Origin: an uncultured Chloroflexia bacterium | GTDB lineage: Bacteria; Chloroflexota; Limnocylindria; Limnocylindrales; CSP1-4 | Direction: 5' to 3' | DNA: 64,000 nt | Assembly (NCBI GenBank): GCA_963713975.1 | Contig: OY970218.1 | Location: 640,001 to 704,000 of the forward strand | Part shown: positions 31,304-40,365 of the stretch, in pieces | Layout of the letters: the number at the start of each line of letters is the position of its first letter | Numbering within the stretch: the stretch's first letter is position 1 | Position numbers and translations under genes: made by a program | Notes under the pieces: model-generated | What the model was told of the DNA's origin: nothing | Seen by the model: only the letters and a program-made list of their open reading frames with translations | Database searches by the model: none

Positions 31304-32743
31304 CTATTCCTCGTGCAGCTCCGCGTCGGCCGCCGCGAGGATCCGCTCCACCTCCGCGAGGGTCGCCTCGGGCACCGGGTCCACCAACGGCCCGTCCAGG
31401 ATCTCCCGCACCCGCTCCCGGGCCCGGTCGTACATCGTGGGCTTGCCCATGGCGTGCCACGCGTCGTAGCTCGCCCGGCTGATCAGCGCCGGCTCGTAGA
31501 ACTCCCCGCTGCGGGCCGCCTTGCGGGTGGCCTGCATGGCCAGGAAGTTGCCACCCGGCCCGACCTCCGCGATGTCCTCGTACAGCTCGGCGCCATCCCG
31601 CCCGTCCACGCCCTCGTGCAGGCGAAGGGCGAGATGGGCAAGCTCGTTGTCCACGAGGATCTGCTCCAGGACCAGCGTCTGGTCGCCGTCGAGCTCCCCG
31701 TAGCCGACCACGATGTCGGCACCCGCCGAGAGCGAGGGCAGCATCGTGATGAACTTCTCGATGCAGGCCTCGGGCCCGATGTCGTGGGCATCCGTGGCGC
31801 AGCCGGCGCCCATCGTGGGAAGCCCGTAGAAGCGGCCCATCGTGGTGAGGGCGGCGGACTGGATCCCCATCTCGGGCGTGCCCGCCAGGAACGCGCCGCT
31901 CCGGAAGTCCATCGAGCCCACGGCGCTGCCGTAGATCAGCGGCCGTCCGGGGTTCGCCACCTCGAAGATGACGATGGACGAGAGGGCCTCGGCATTCGCG
32001 AGGGCGATGTTGCCCAGCACCGATCCCGGCCCGGTGGTCCCGGGCACGGGCATGGGCAGGACGCAGACCGGGACGTCCCACGCACCGAGATCCAGGTACG
32101 CATCGAGCATCTCGCCGTCGTGGACGAGGGGCGCGACCGGGCAGTACACGACCGATGCCTCGTGGCGTTCCCGCGCACGGTCCTCGCCGCCCGCCAGCGC
32201 GGAGATGATCGCCCCGAGATAGCGGGCCTGGCCCCGCCGGTGGAGCTCGTGCTGGCCGTGCTTCGAGGTAGTGGTGAGCATCGCCGCGAACTCGTGGAGC
32301 GGGCGACTGGCCACGGGCCGGTCGTTCGCGGCGACCGGGGGCCAGCCCATCACCGACAGGTCGCAGGAGTGGAAGACCCGCATGGCGTCCACGATGTCCT
32401 GCCTCGTGCCATAGCGTCGCTCGCCGGTCACGAAGTCCCGGGCGAAGGCGGCCGTGCCGTCCATCGCGAAGCGGGTCGCGGACGAGGGCATCGGGAAGTC
32501 GTGGGCAGGGTTCCGTGCCCCCAGGGCCCACGTTCGCGGCGCCATCGCGAGCGCCTCGTCCACCAGCCGGGGCGGGATCCTGACCAGCCGCGCGTCGGCG
32601 TCCACCTCGGCGCCCGCATCCTCGAGCAGCGGCAGGGCGACATCCCCGTGGACCCGGATCCCGACGTCCGAGAGAATCCGCAGCGATTCCTCGTGCACCC
32701 GCGCCAGCTCGTCCGGGCTCAGGAACGCGGACTCGTACCTCAT
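31304..32743 (-). CDS. mttB: MttB superfamily methyltransferase, non-pyrrolysine (copy 3)
   Basis: L...E...VHEESLRIL..VG, ARNP, PGTTGP, NAE.L, MD.RSG...GTPE, VGPGGNFL; ATG at 32743. Confidence 0.85.
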   Translation of the reverse strand: MRYESAFLSPDELARVHEESLRILSDVGIRVHGDVALPLLEDAGAEVDADARLVRIPPRLVDEALAMAPRTWALGARNPAHDFPMPSSATRFAMDGTAAFARDFVTGERRYGTRQDIVDAMRVFHSCDLSVMGWPPVAANDRPVASRPLHEFAAMLTTTSKHGQHELHRRGQARYLGAIISALAGGEDRARERHEASVVYCPVAPLVHDGEMLDAYLDLGAWDVPVCVLPMPVPGTTGPGSVLGNIALANAEALSSIVIFEVANPGRPLIYGSAVGSMDFRSGAFLAGTPEMGIQSAALTTMGRFYGLPTMGAGCATDAHDIGPEACIEKFITMLPSLSAGADIVVGYGELDGDQTLVLEQILVDNELAHLALRLHEGVDGRDGAELYEDIAEVGPGGNFLAMQATRKAARSGEFYEPALISRASYDAWHAMGKPTMYDRARERVREILDGPLVDPVPEATLAEVERILAAADAELHEE

Positions 32744-32750
32744 GCTCGTC

Positions 32751-34208
32751 TCACCCCCGTGCCGGAGCGGGTTCGCCCGCCCGTGCCGCCTGCTCCAGCC
32801 GCGCCAGGTCTGCGGCCACGTGATCCGGGAAGGGCAGGGCCCGGTGGCCCGCGATGGCGGCCATCGCCACGTCCCGGGCCTGGCCGATGACGTCGGGGCG
32901 GCCCGATGCCTCCCACCTGTCAAACGTGCCGTGGTGTCCGATCCGGGGCAGGAACCACTCCCCGCCGCGAACCGCATCCCGGGTCTGCGTCCGGCTCAGG
33001 AAGTCCCCGATGGGCCCCACCTCGTCGAGTGCCTCAACCACGTCGGTCTCGCCGACGCCGAGCCCGATGCCCGCCCGCAGTCGCCGGCACATCCGGTAGA
33101 CCTCCACGTCGATCACCATCTGCTCGAGGCACAGCGTGGACGCGCCGCCCAGCGACCCCGGTCCGATCATGATGTCGGGCCATGACAGCACCGGCAGCGT
33201 CCAGTTGAGCGTCCGCTCGTAGGCCGCCTGGACCCCCGTGACGTAGTGGTCCGTGCCCCCGTTCGATGCCACTGCCGGCAGATCGTAGAAGCGGGCCATC
33301 TCGGTGGTCGCGGCACCCAAGAGCGAGTGCTCCGGGCCTCCTCCGCCCCAGCGCCCCGATCGTGGCTCCATCGCCGCGAGGGCCGGGGCGTAGATCACCG
33401 GCGTGCCGGGCGACATCGCCTGGACCAGGCAGATCGCACCCAGCACCTCCGCGTTGCCAGACACGATCGTGGACCGCAGGCCCGTCGGGGCGGACGTGCC
33501 CATCATCGGCATCGGCATGATCGCGATCGGGATGTCCCAGCCGGCCGTGGCCAACCAGGCATCCGTGTGCTCGGCCTCCATGGCCAGCGGGGAGACCGGG
33601 CAGAACAGCACCGAGAACGGGTGGTCCCGCTGGACGGCCTCCTTCGACCCGAAGACCGTCACCAGCAGCTCCAGCAGCCAGGCGGCGTCCTCCTCGGTCG
33701 CGATCTCGTCCTGGACGTGCTTGCCGAACAGCTCGAACGTCTGGCGCCAGTGGGCGACGGCTGGGCCGGGTCCGCCCGAGCTCTCGATCCCGGACGTGAC
33801 CATGCGCCAGTAGGCGCCGACCTCGTCCATGGTGTCCACGAGCTTCGTGGCGTTCGCCCAGTCATCCCAGGTCGGGGCGCGGCGGACACCATCGGCGGGG
33901 TCGTAGAAGGTCGTCGACTCGCCGTCGGGCATGAGGGTGCACTCGCCGGCATTCATGGGCAGCTCGAACCCCGGCCGCCGGCCGCCGAGGGAGAACCGCT
34001 TGGGGGCCGAGGCCAGCGCCGCCTCCACCAGCGTTCGCGGGAAGCGAACCCGGCGCTCTACCTCGTCCACCTGCGCCCCGGCCTCGCCGAGGATCCGCCG
34101 CGCCTTCGCCGAGTCGACACGCATCCCCGTCCGGGCAAGCGCCGCCAGCGACTGCTCGTGGATCCCGGTGATCTCGTCGTCGGTCAGGACCCGCAGGACG
34201 GTGGACAT
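32751..34208 (-). CDS. mttB: MttB superfamily methyltransferase, non-pyrrolysine (copy 4)
   Basis: LT..E...IHEQSL..L..TG, VSPL, GTSAP, NAEVL, PGTPVIY, VGPIGDFL. Confidence 0.85.
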   Translation of the reverse strand: MSTVLRVLTDDEITGIHEQSLAALARTGMRVDSAKARRILGEAGAQVDEVERRVRFPRTLVEAALASAPKRFSLGGRRPGFELPMNAGECTLMPDGESTTFYDPADGVRRAPTWDDWANATKLVDTMDEVGAYWRMVTSGIESSGGPGPAVAHWRQTFELFGKHVQDEIATEEDAAWLLELLVTVFGSKEAVQRDHPFSVLFCPVSPLAMEAEHTDAWLATAGWDIPIAIMPMPMMGTSAPTGLRSTIVSGNAEVLGAICLVQAMSPGTPVIYAPALAAMEPRSGRWGGGGPEHSLLGAATTEMARFYDLPAVASNGGTDHYVTGVQAAYERTLNWTLPVLSWPDIMIGPGSLGGASTLCLEQMVIDVEVYRMCRRLRAGIGLGVGETDVVEALDEVGPIGDFLSRTQTRDAVRGGEWFLPRIGHHGTFDRWEASGRPDVIGQARDVAMAAIAGHRALPFPDHVAADLARLEQAARAGEPAPARG

Positions 34209-34466
34209 GCTGCTCGCTCCGGCTTGGGGTGCCCGGACCCGGGCGCGAATGGGGGCGACGGAGAACCGGGATGCGGGCGGAGGCTAGCACCGGGGCGGGG
34301 CCGGGGAATGGACCGGTGCGCGGGACGGTCCGGGATCCGCGCTCACGGGCCCGGCCGGAGGGGCGGACACAGGCCTGAACTTGGTTCCGCGTCCGCTGGT
34401 CCGGCCGGAACCTTGCCCCGCCGTCTACACTCGGCCGATCGGATCACTCTCCAGAGAGGTACGCCA

Positions 34467-36398
34467 GTGCCGAAGGAGTACGTCCGCCTGACCACGCCGC
34501 TCGTGCGCGACGGCGACCGCCGCTCCGGGGCTCCCCTCCGCCCAGCCAGCTGGGACGAGGCTCTGGACCGGGTGGTCGCGGGACTGCGGGCTGCGGGTGA
34601 GGCGCACGGCTCTGGGACGTACGGGGTCTTCAGCTGCAGCAAGTCGACCAACGAGGTCAACTACGCGGCCCAGAAGCTCTCCCGCTCCGTCCTGGGCAGC
34701 AACAACATCGACAGCTGCAACCGCACCTGACACGCCCCCTCTGTCGCCGGTCTGGCGACCGTGTTCGGCGCTGGTGGCGGTACCAGCTCATATCGTGAGA
34801 TCGAGGAGACGGACGTCGTCCTCCTGTGGGGCAGCAATGCCCGGGAGACCCATCCGATCTTCTTCCACCACCTCCTCAAGGGGGTGCGTAACGGTGCCCG
34901 GCTGTACGCCATCGACCCCCGACGTACCACGTCCGCGCAGTGGGCCGACCTGTGGCTAGGCCTGGACGTGGGCACGGACATCGCGCTGGCGAATGCGATG
35001 GGCCGAGAGATCATCGTCGCGGGCCTCGCGAACGACGAGTTCATCGGACGCGCGACCAGCGGGTTCGAGGCGTACCGGGCCGCCGTGGAGCCGTGGACGC
35101 TGGAGCGCGCAGAGGCGATTACCGGCGTCCCGGCGGCCGCGATCCGCGAGACCGCCCACGCCTATGCGACCGCCGGCAAGGCGATGCTGTGCTGGACCCT
35201 GGGCATCACCGAGCACCACAACGCCGTGGACGGCGTTCTCGCGCTCATCAACCTCGCGCTGCTGTGCGGGCACGTGGGCCGGTGGGGCAGTGGCATCTGC
35301 CCCCTCCGTGGCCAGAACAACGTCCAGGGCGGCGGCGACATGGGCGCCCTCCCGGACCGGCTGCCGGGCTTCCAGCACATCGAGAACGACCAGCTGCGGG
35401 CTCCGTTCGACGAGGCCTGGGGCGTGACGGTCCCGCCGACACGCGGCCTGCACCTCACGGCGATGTACGACGCGATGGAGCGAGAGGACCTCACGGCCGT
35501 CTACTGCATCGGCGAGAACCCGGCCCAGTCCGAAGCCGACACGCATCGGGTCCGGCGCCTCCTCGAGGGCCTCGAGTTCATGGTCGTCCAGGACATCTTC
35601 CTGACCAGGACCGCCGAGCTCGCGGACGTGGTGCTCCCGGCCGCGGCGGCCTGGGCCGAGACCGAGGGCACCGTCACCAACTCCGAGCGCCGGGTGCAGC
35701 GGGTACGGAAGGCGCTCGACCCGCCCGGTGAAGCACGCGACGACCTGTGGATCATCTTCGAGATCGCCCGTCGCATGGGTCATGACTGGGGACAGGCCAG
35801 CGCCGAAGCGGTATGGGACGAGGTCAGGACGCTGGCGGGGGCATTCGCGGGCATGAGCTACGCCCGTCTCGAGGTCGGGGACGGGCTCCAGTGGCCGTGC
35901 TACGACGAGACCCATCCCGGTGAGCCGTTCCTCCACTCGCGCCTGTGGGCAGACCCGGTTCCCGGCAACCGCGCCCCGTTCGTACCGGTCGAGCACGAGG
36001 GGCCTGTCGACCTGCTGGACGAGGACTTCCCGGTGCGGCTCACGACCGGCCGCCATCTCGATTCGTACAACACCGGCGTCCAGTCGGGCGGCGTGCGCAC
36101 GCCCCGGCGGCGCGGCGAGACCCTGGACCTGTGTCCCGAAGACGTCGAGCGGTTCGGGCTGGCCGAGGGGGAGCTCGTGCGCGTCGTCTCGCGGCGCGGC
36201 TCCGTGGAGGCCCCGGTCCGGGCCGACCCGTCGCTGCGACCCGGCCTCGCCTTCATGACGCTGCACTTCCAGGACCAGGTCCCCGTCAACGAGCTGACGA
36301 TCGATGCCGTGGACCCGAAGTCCGGCACGGCCGAGTTCAAGGCGACGGCGATCCGCATCGAGAAGCTCGGGGTTGTGACGTCCGCTCTCGCCACGTAG
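34467..36398 (+). CDS. Selenocysteine-containing formate dehydrogenase catalytic (Mo/W-bisPGD) subunit, Sec at codon 88
   Basis: GTG after GAGAGGT; one frame through TGA 34728-34730 giving NNIDSCNRT-U-HAPSVAGL; PLRGQNNVQG; MopB C-terminal domain; ORF track splits it in two. Confidence 0.93.
34728..34760 (+). other. Sec UGA codon plus bacterial SECIS hairpin
   Basis: GTCGCC-GGTCT-GGCGAC hairpin at 34743-34759, 12 nt after UGA; loop resembles the GGUCU apical region of the E. coli fdhF SECIS. Confidence 0.85.
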
Positions 36399-36639
36399 TC
36401 AAAGGACGACTGCTCGTCGCCTCGAAGCCGGCACGTCCCACGCCTCGTGACTACCTGACAGCGATTCGGGTTCCTGGACGGCCTCCTGGCCCGTTTGTGG
36501 CCGATGGGGCTGACCAGCAGTCGTCCAATGACTCATTGGCAGGAACCGGATGCAGGAACCCGGTGCGGGGCCACGTGCGCGGCCTCGAGCCGATCAAGGC
36601 TCGGTCCCTTCGAGCCTGCGGGTTCTCGGAGGTGGCGCC

Positions 36640-36834
36640 ATGCCGCACTACATGTTCGGTGAGGACGACTACATCGTGATCGCGGAGCTCCCGGACAACG
36701 CGGCCGCCATGGCGATTGCGGCGACCGTCGGAGCGACCGGCACGTCGAGTGTCACCACGACGGTGCTGCTGGAGGCCGCGGAGGTTGACGAGGCGCTCGC
36801 CCGCAGGACCATCTACCGGGCGCCGGGAGCCTGA
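36640..36834 (+). pseudogene. GYD-domain protein, short or internally deleted (64 aa)
   Basis: GGAGGT RBS; MPHYMF joined directly to GEDDY.VIAELPDN...TTVLL..EVDEA....YRAPGA. Confidence 0.6.
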
Positions 36835-36865
36835 AACCCGCGGCGGAGCGCGACGGGCCCGTGCG

Positions 36866-37258
36866 TCAGGCGGGTCGGACCACCGGCAGCCCGATCGCGC
36901 GCGCCGCCTCGGCGAGGCGATCGTCGTAGGTCACGAACGCGTCCAGCTCCGGGAGCAGGGCCATCGCCGTGGCGAGGTGGATGGCGTCCAGAGTCCGGAG
37001 CTGTGGGGGTCGGAGCGCAGCCGCGACGCCCGCGATCGCGTCATCGAGCTCGTAGACCTCGACGTCGGTGATGACACGTGCCCGTCGAACCGGGTCATGC
37101 TCCCGACGGGATGACGCCCGAATCGTTTCCACGACCCCGATGCGGCTGGTGATGAGCCGTTCGGCCTCGACGTACCAACGCAGCATGGCCGGCGAATCGG
37201 TTTCATCGACGACGAGCTTCACCAGCGCCGAGGCGTCCACGTAGGCAAGGTTCGTCAT
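36866..37258 (-). CDS. vapC: VapC-family PIN toxin
   Basis: YVDASALVKL..E, LRTLDAIHLATA, FVTYDDRLAEAA...GL.V..P. Confidence 0.92.
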   Translation of the reverse strand: MTNLAYVDASALVKLVVDETDSPAMLRWYVEAERLITSRIGVVETIRASSRREHDPVRRARVITDVEVYELDDAIAGVAAALRPPQLRTLDAIHLATAMALLPELDAFVTYDDRLAEAARAIGLPVVRPA

Positions 37259-37551
37259 CGATCGTCCTCGTCGCGCATCTCCTGGAGGATCTCGCTCAAC
37301 GGTCGCCCGGGGATCTTCGGGGGCGGGGGCAACGTCCGGTGATCCGTCGATGCCGGCGTAATCCTTCCCTCGGCGATCAGGCGGTCCACGATCGACATCT
37401 TGACCGGCGGATTCGGGCCCAGCCGCGCGACGGGATGCCCGTGCTCCGTGACCTCCAGTGTCTCGCCGGCCTTCACGCGGTCCAGGTAGACGGACAGGTT
37501 CTGGCGCAGCTCCCGCACGCCGACGCGGGCCGGCCGATCGCTTTCGCTCAT
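37255..37551 (-). CDS. Phd/YefM-family antitoxin (VapB)
   Basis: VGVRELRQNLS.YL.RV.AGE...VT.HG.PVARL; 4-nt overlap with vapC. Confidence 0.92.
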   Translation of the reverse strand: MSESDRPARVGVRELRQNLSVYLDRVKAGETLEVTEHGHPVARLGPNPPVKMSIVDRLIAEGRITPASTDHRTLPPPPKIPGRPLSEILQEMRDEDDR

Positions 37552-37569
37552 GTAGCACACGGTAGCACA
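37552..37569 (-). promoter_or_regulatory. Tandem TGTGCTAC operator repeats abutting the antitoxin start
   Basis: GTAGCACA at 37552-37559 and 37562-37569 (10-bp period); no RBS before the ATG. Confidence 0.6.
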
Positions 37570-37620
37570 ATCGCCTCTGGGCACACCCGGCCTCGCCTCG
37601 GCCAGGGGACCAGTGGCCGA

Positions 37621-38361
37621 TCAGCGGAGCCGGGTGACGAACACCCCCCACCCCAGGTAGCGGCGCCCCCAGCGCAGGTAGGTCCGGCGGTTGTCGTCCA
37701 GGAACCGGCGCATCGCCTCGTGCTCGGGGTCATCCGGGTTGGCCACCAGCCAGTCCGCGATCGTCCGCCACTGCGACGCCTCGTAGCGGTCCCAGCTGTC
37801 GCCGTCGGCCAGCACCATCTCCAGAAGGTCGAACCCGGCCGCGTCGATGCGCTCCGCCGTACCCGCCAGCGACGCGTAGTCGTCGCGCCCAAAGCCCCAT
37901 GCCTCCATCGCCTCCGCCGGCGGCTCCTCGATCAAGTACGGCTCGCCCACGATCACGAGTCCGCCATCGCGCACGGCCGGCCGCATGAGCGCCATCGTCC
38001 CCGCAAGCCCGCCACCGATCCACGTGGCGCCGAGACAACTGGCGATGTCGAAGTCGGCCGACTCCGCCCCGTAGACCGCGGCGTCACCCTGGACGAAGGC
38101 GACCCGGTCCGACACCCCCAGCTCCGTGGCCCGCTCGCGCGCCGCGGCCAGGAACACGTGCGACAGGTCCACGCCCAGCCCGCCGCTCCCGAACCACTCG
38201 GCCCACCGGCACAGCATCTCTCCCTTGCCGCACGCCAGGTCCAGGATCCGCGTCCCGTGCCCCACCCGGGCGACCTCGCCGAGGAGGCGCAGCTTCTTCT
38301 CCGTGTACGGGTTGAGGATCCGGTGGCCGGTCTCGGCGATCTCGTGGTGACGGAGTGACAT
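37621..38361 (-). CDS. SAM methyltransferase (YjhP-like)
   Basis: HRILNP.T..KL, ILDLACGKGEMLC.WA, CLGATWIGGG, SWDRY.A.QW, YLGWGVF. Confidence 0.85.
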   Translation of the reverse strand: MSLRHHEIAETGHRILNPYTEKKLRLLGEVARVGHGTRILDLACGKGEMLCRWAEWFGSGGLGVDLSHVFLAAARERATELGVSDRVAFVQGDAAVYGAESADFDIASCLGATWIGGGLAGTMALMRPAVRDGGLVIVGEPYLIEEPPAEAMEAWGFGRDDYASLAGTAERIDAAGFDLLEMVLADGDSWDRYEASQWRTIADWLVANPDDPEHEAMRRFLDDNRRTYLRWGRRYLGWGVFVTRLR

Positions 38362-38451
38362 GGTGAGCCTCGATGTGGCGGAGGACATCGACGGTGATCA
38401 TGCTCCCCTCGACGCCGATGGTGCTTCGCGGACGTCGTACACTCGGCCGCC

Positions 38452-40365
38452 ATGGATCTCCACTTCGTCGGACCCGCTGCGACGACCGAGGAACGCGCGG
38501 CCGTAGATGGCTGCCTGGACCCCTTGATCGGGCCTCCCCGCGGGGGCTGGGACGGCGGCGAGCGCGACGCCGAGGTGGACGGCCGCGCGGCCCGTGGCGG
38601 GCACGAGGCCCGGTCGCGCCGGGACCTGCTGCTGCCCACCCTGCACGCGATCCAGGACCGGATCGGCTGGATCAGCCAGGGTGCCCTCAACCACGCCTGC
38701 CGCCGGCTCAGCGTGCCGCCCGCGGATGCCTACGGGGTAGCGAGCTTCTACGCGCTGCTGTCCACCGTCCCGCTGCCCGCAAGGGTCGTCCATGTCTGCG
38801 ACGACATGTCCTGCCGCGTGGCGGGTGCCGAGCAGACGTGCGCGGACCTGGAGCGCTCCCTGGGGCCCGCCGGCCACGCGCGCGAGGGCAGCGAGGCCAC
38901 CTGGCTGCGCAGTCCTTGCCTTGGCCAGTGCGAACGGGCGCCGGCCGCCCTGTTCACGATCGCCGGCGACCCGCCCGTCCGATTCGCGACCGGCCCGCTG
39001 GACGCCGCCGGGATCCTCGGCCGCCTCGAGGCACCACGGGACTCCGGCCAGGCGGGCTTCGATGCCGACCCGGACACGAGGCCCAGCCCCGAGCGCATGG
39101 CCGCCGTGCGCGGGTTGGTGCCCCAAGCCGGCGACGCGAGCATGCGCCTCCTCACCCGGATCGGGCGGGTGGACCCGATGAGCCTCACGGACTTCCTGGC
39201 CAACGGCGGATACCGGGCGCTCAGGATGGCGATCGAGCTCGGCCCCGACCGGGTGATCGAGGAGGTCACCGCCGCGGGGATCCTGGGACGGGGCGGCGCC
39301 GCGTTCCCCGCCGGCCGGAAGTGGGCCGCCGCGGCGGCAGCCGCCGGCCAGCCGAAGTACGTGGTGTGCAACGCGGACGAGGCCGAGCCTGGCACCTTCA
39401 AGGACCGGGTCGTGCTGGAGGAGGACCCGTTCGCCCTGGTCGAGGCGATGACCATCGCCGGGTACGCCATCGGCGCCACCCGGGGCTTCCTGTACGTCCG
39501 CGGTGAGTACCCGCTGGGCGAGGCGCGGATGAACGGCGCCATCGTCCAGGCCCGCGAGCGCGGGCTCCTCGGCGAGGACGTGCTGGGGGCCGGCTTCGCC
39601 TTCGACATCGAGGTCCGTCGTGGTGCAGGGGCCTATGTCGCCGGCGAGGAGATGGCCCAGCTCGAGTCGATCGAGGGGTATCGGGCGGAGCCGCGCAACA
39701 AGCCGCCGTTCCCGGTCGAGGCCGGGCTGTTCGGCCGGCCGACCGTGATCAACAACGTCGAGACGCTGCTCAACGTCCCAGGGATCATCGTGGACGGCGG
39801 AGCCGTGCATGCGGGCCACGGCACGGCTGCATCCACGGGCCACAAGCTGTTCAGCATCTCCGGTCACATCGCCCGTCCCGGGGTATACGAGGTGGAGTTC
39901 GGCGCCACGCTCCGGGACCTCATCACGGCCGCGGGCGGGGTCCCGGGGGGCCGGGCGGTCAAGGCGATCAACCTCGGTGGCGCGGCGGGCGCATTCGTCG
40001 GCCCCGAGGCCATCGACATGCCCCTCACGCTCGAGCACGCCAGGGAGGCGGGCGCGACCCTGGGGGCCGGCGCCATCGTCGTGTTCGACGAGACCACCGA
40101 CATCGCCGACATCCTGCTCCGGATCGCCCGGTTCTTCCGCGACGAGTCCTGCGGCCAGTGCGTGCCGTGCCGCGTGGGAACCGTCCGCCAGGAGGAGCTG
40201 CTCGGCCGGCTGGCAGCGCGACGGCTCAACGGCACGATGTCGGACGAGCTCGCGCTCCTTGACGATCTCGGGCAGGTGCTGCGGGACGCGTCGATCTGCG
40301 GCCTCGGGCAGCTGGCCAACGGCGCGGTGAAGTCCGGGTTGCGCTTCACGCAGGTGCCCGCGTGA
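38452..40365 (+). CDS. NuoE-NuoF fusion (NAD/FMN diaphorase subunit of NAD-dependent FDH)
   Basis: CDDMSC...CLGQC [2Fe-2S]; GRGGAAFP, NADEAEPGTFKDR; ESCGQCVPCRVG...SICGLG. Confidence 0.92.
   Translation: MDLHFVGPAATTEERAAVDGCLDPLIGPPRGGWDGGERDAEVDGRAARGGHEARSRRDLLLPTLHAIQDRIGWISQGALNHACRRLSVPPADAYGVASFYALLSTVPLPARVVHVCDDMSCRVAGAEQTCADLERSLGPAGHAREGSEATWLRSPCLGQCERAPAALFTIAGDPPVRFATGPLDAAGILGRLEAPRDSGQAGFDADPDTRPSPERMAAVRGLVPQAGDASMRLLTRIGRVDPMSLTDFLANGGYRALRMAIELGPDRVIEEVTAAGILGRGGAAFPAGRKWAAAAAAAGQPKYVVCNADEAEPGTFKDRVVLEEDPFALVEAMTIAGYAIGATRGFLYVRGEYPLGEARMNGAIVQARERGLLGEDVLGAGFAFDIEVRRGAGAYVAGEEMAQLESIEGYRAEPRNKPPFPVEAGLFGRPTVINNVETLLNVPGIIVDGGAVHAGHGTAASTGHKLFSISGHIARPGVYEVEFGATLRDLITAAGGVPGGRAVKAINLGGAAGAFVGPEAIDMPLTLEHAREAGATLGAGAIVVFDETTDIADILLRIARFFRDESCGQCVPCRVGTVRQEELLGRLAARRLNGTMSDELALLDDLGQVLRDASICGLGQLANGAVKSGLRFTQVPA

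Noticed and set aside
34209-34466. Possible Moco/Wco riboswitch upstream of the FDH gene
   Set aside because: GC-rich stems are present, but I could not match the consensus; it needs an Rfam search.
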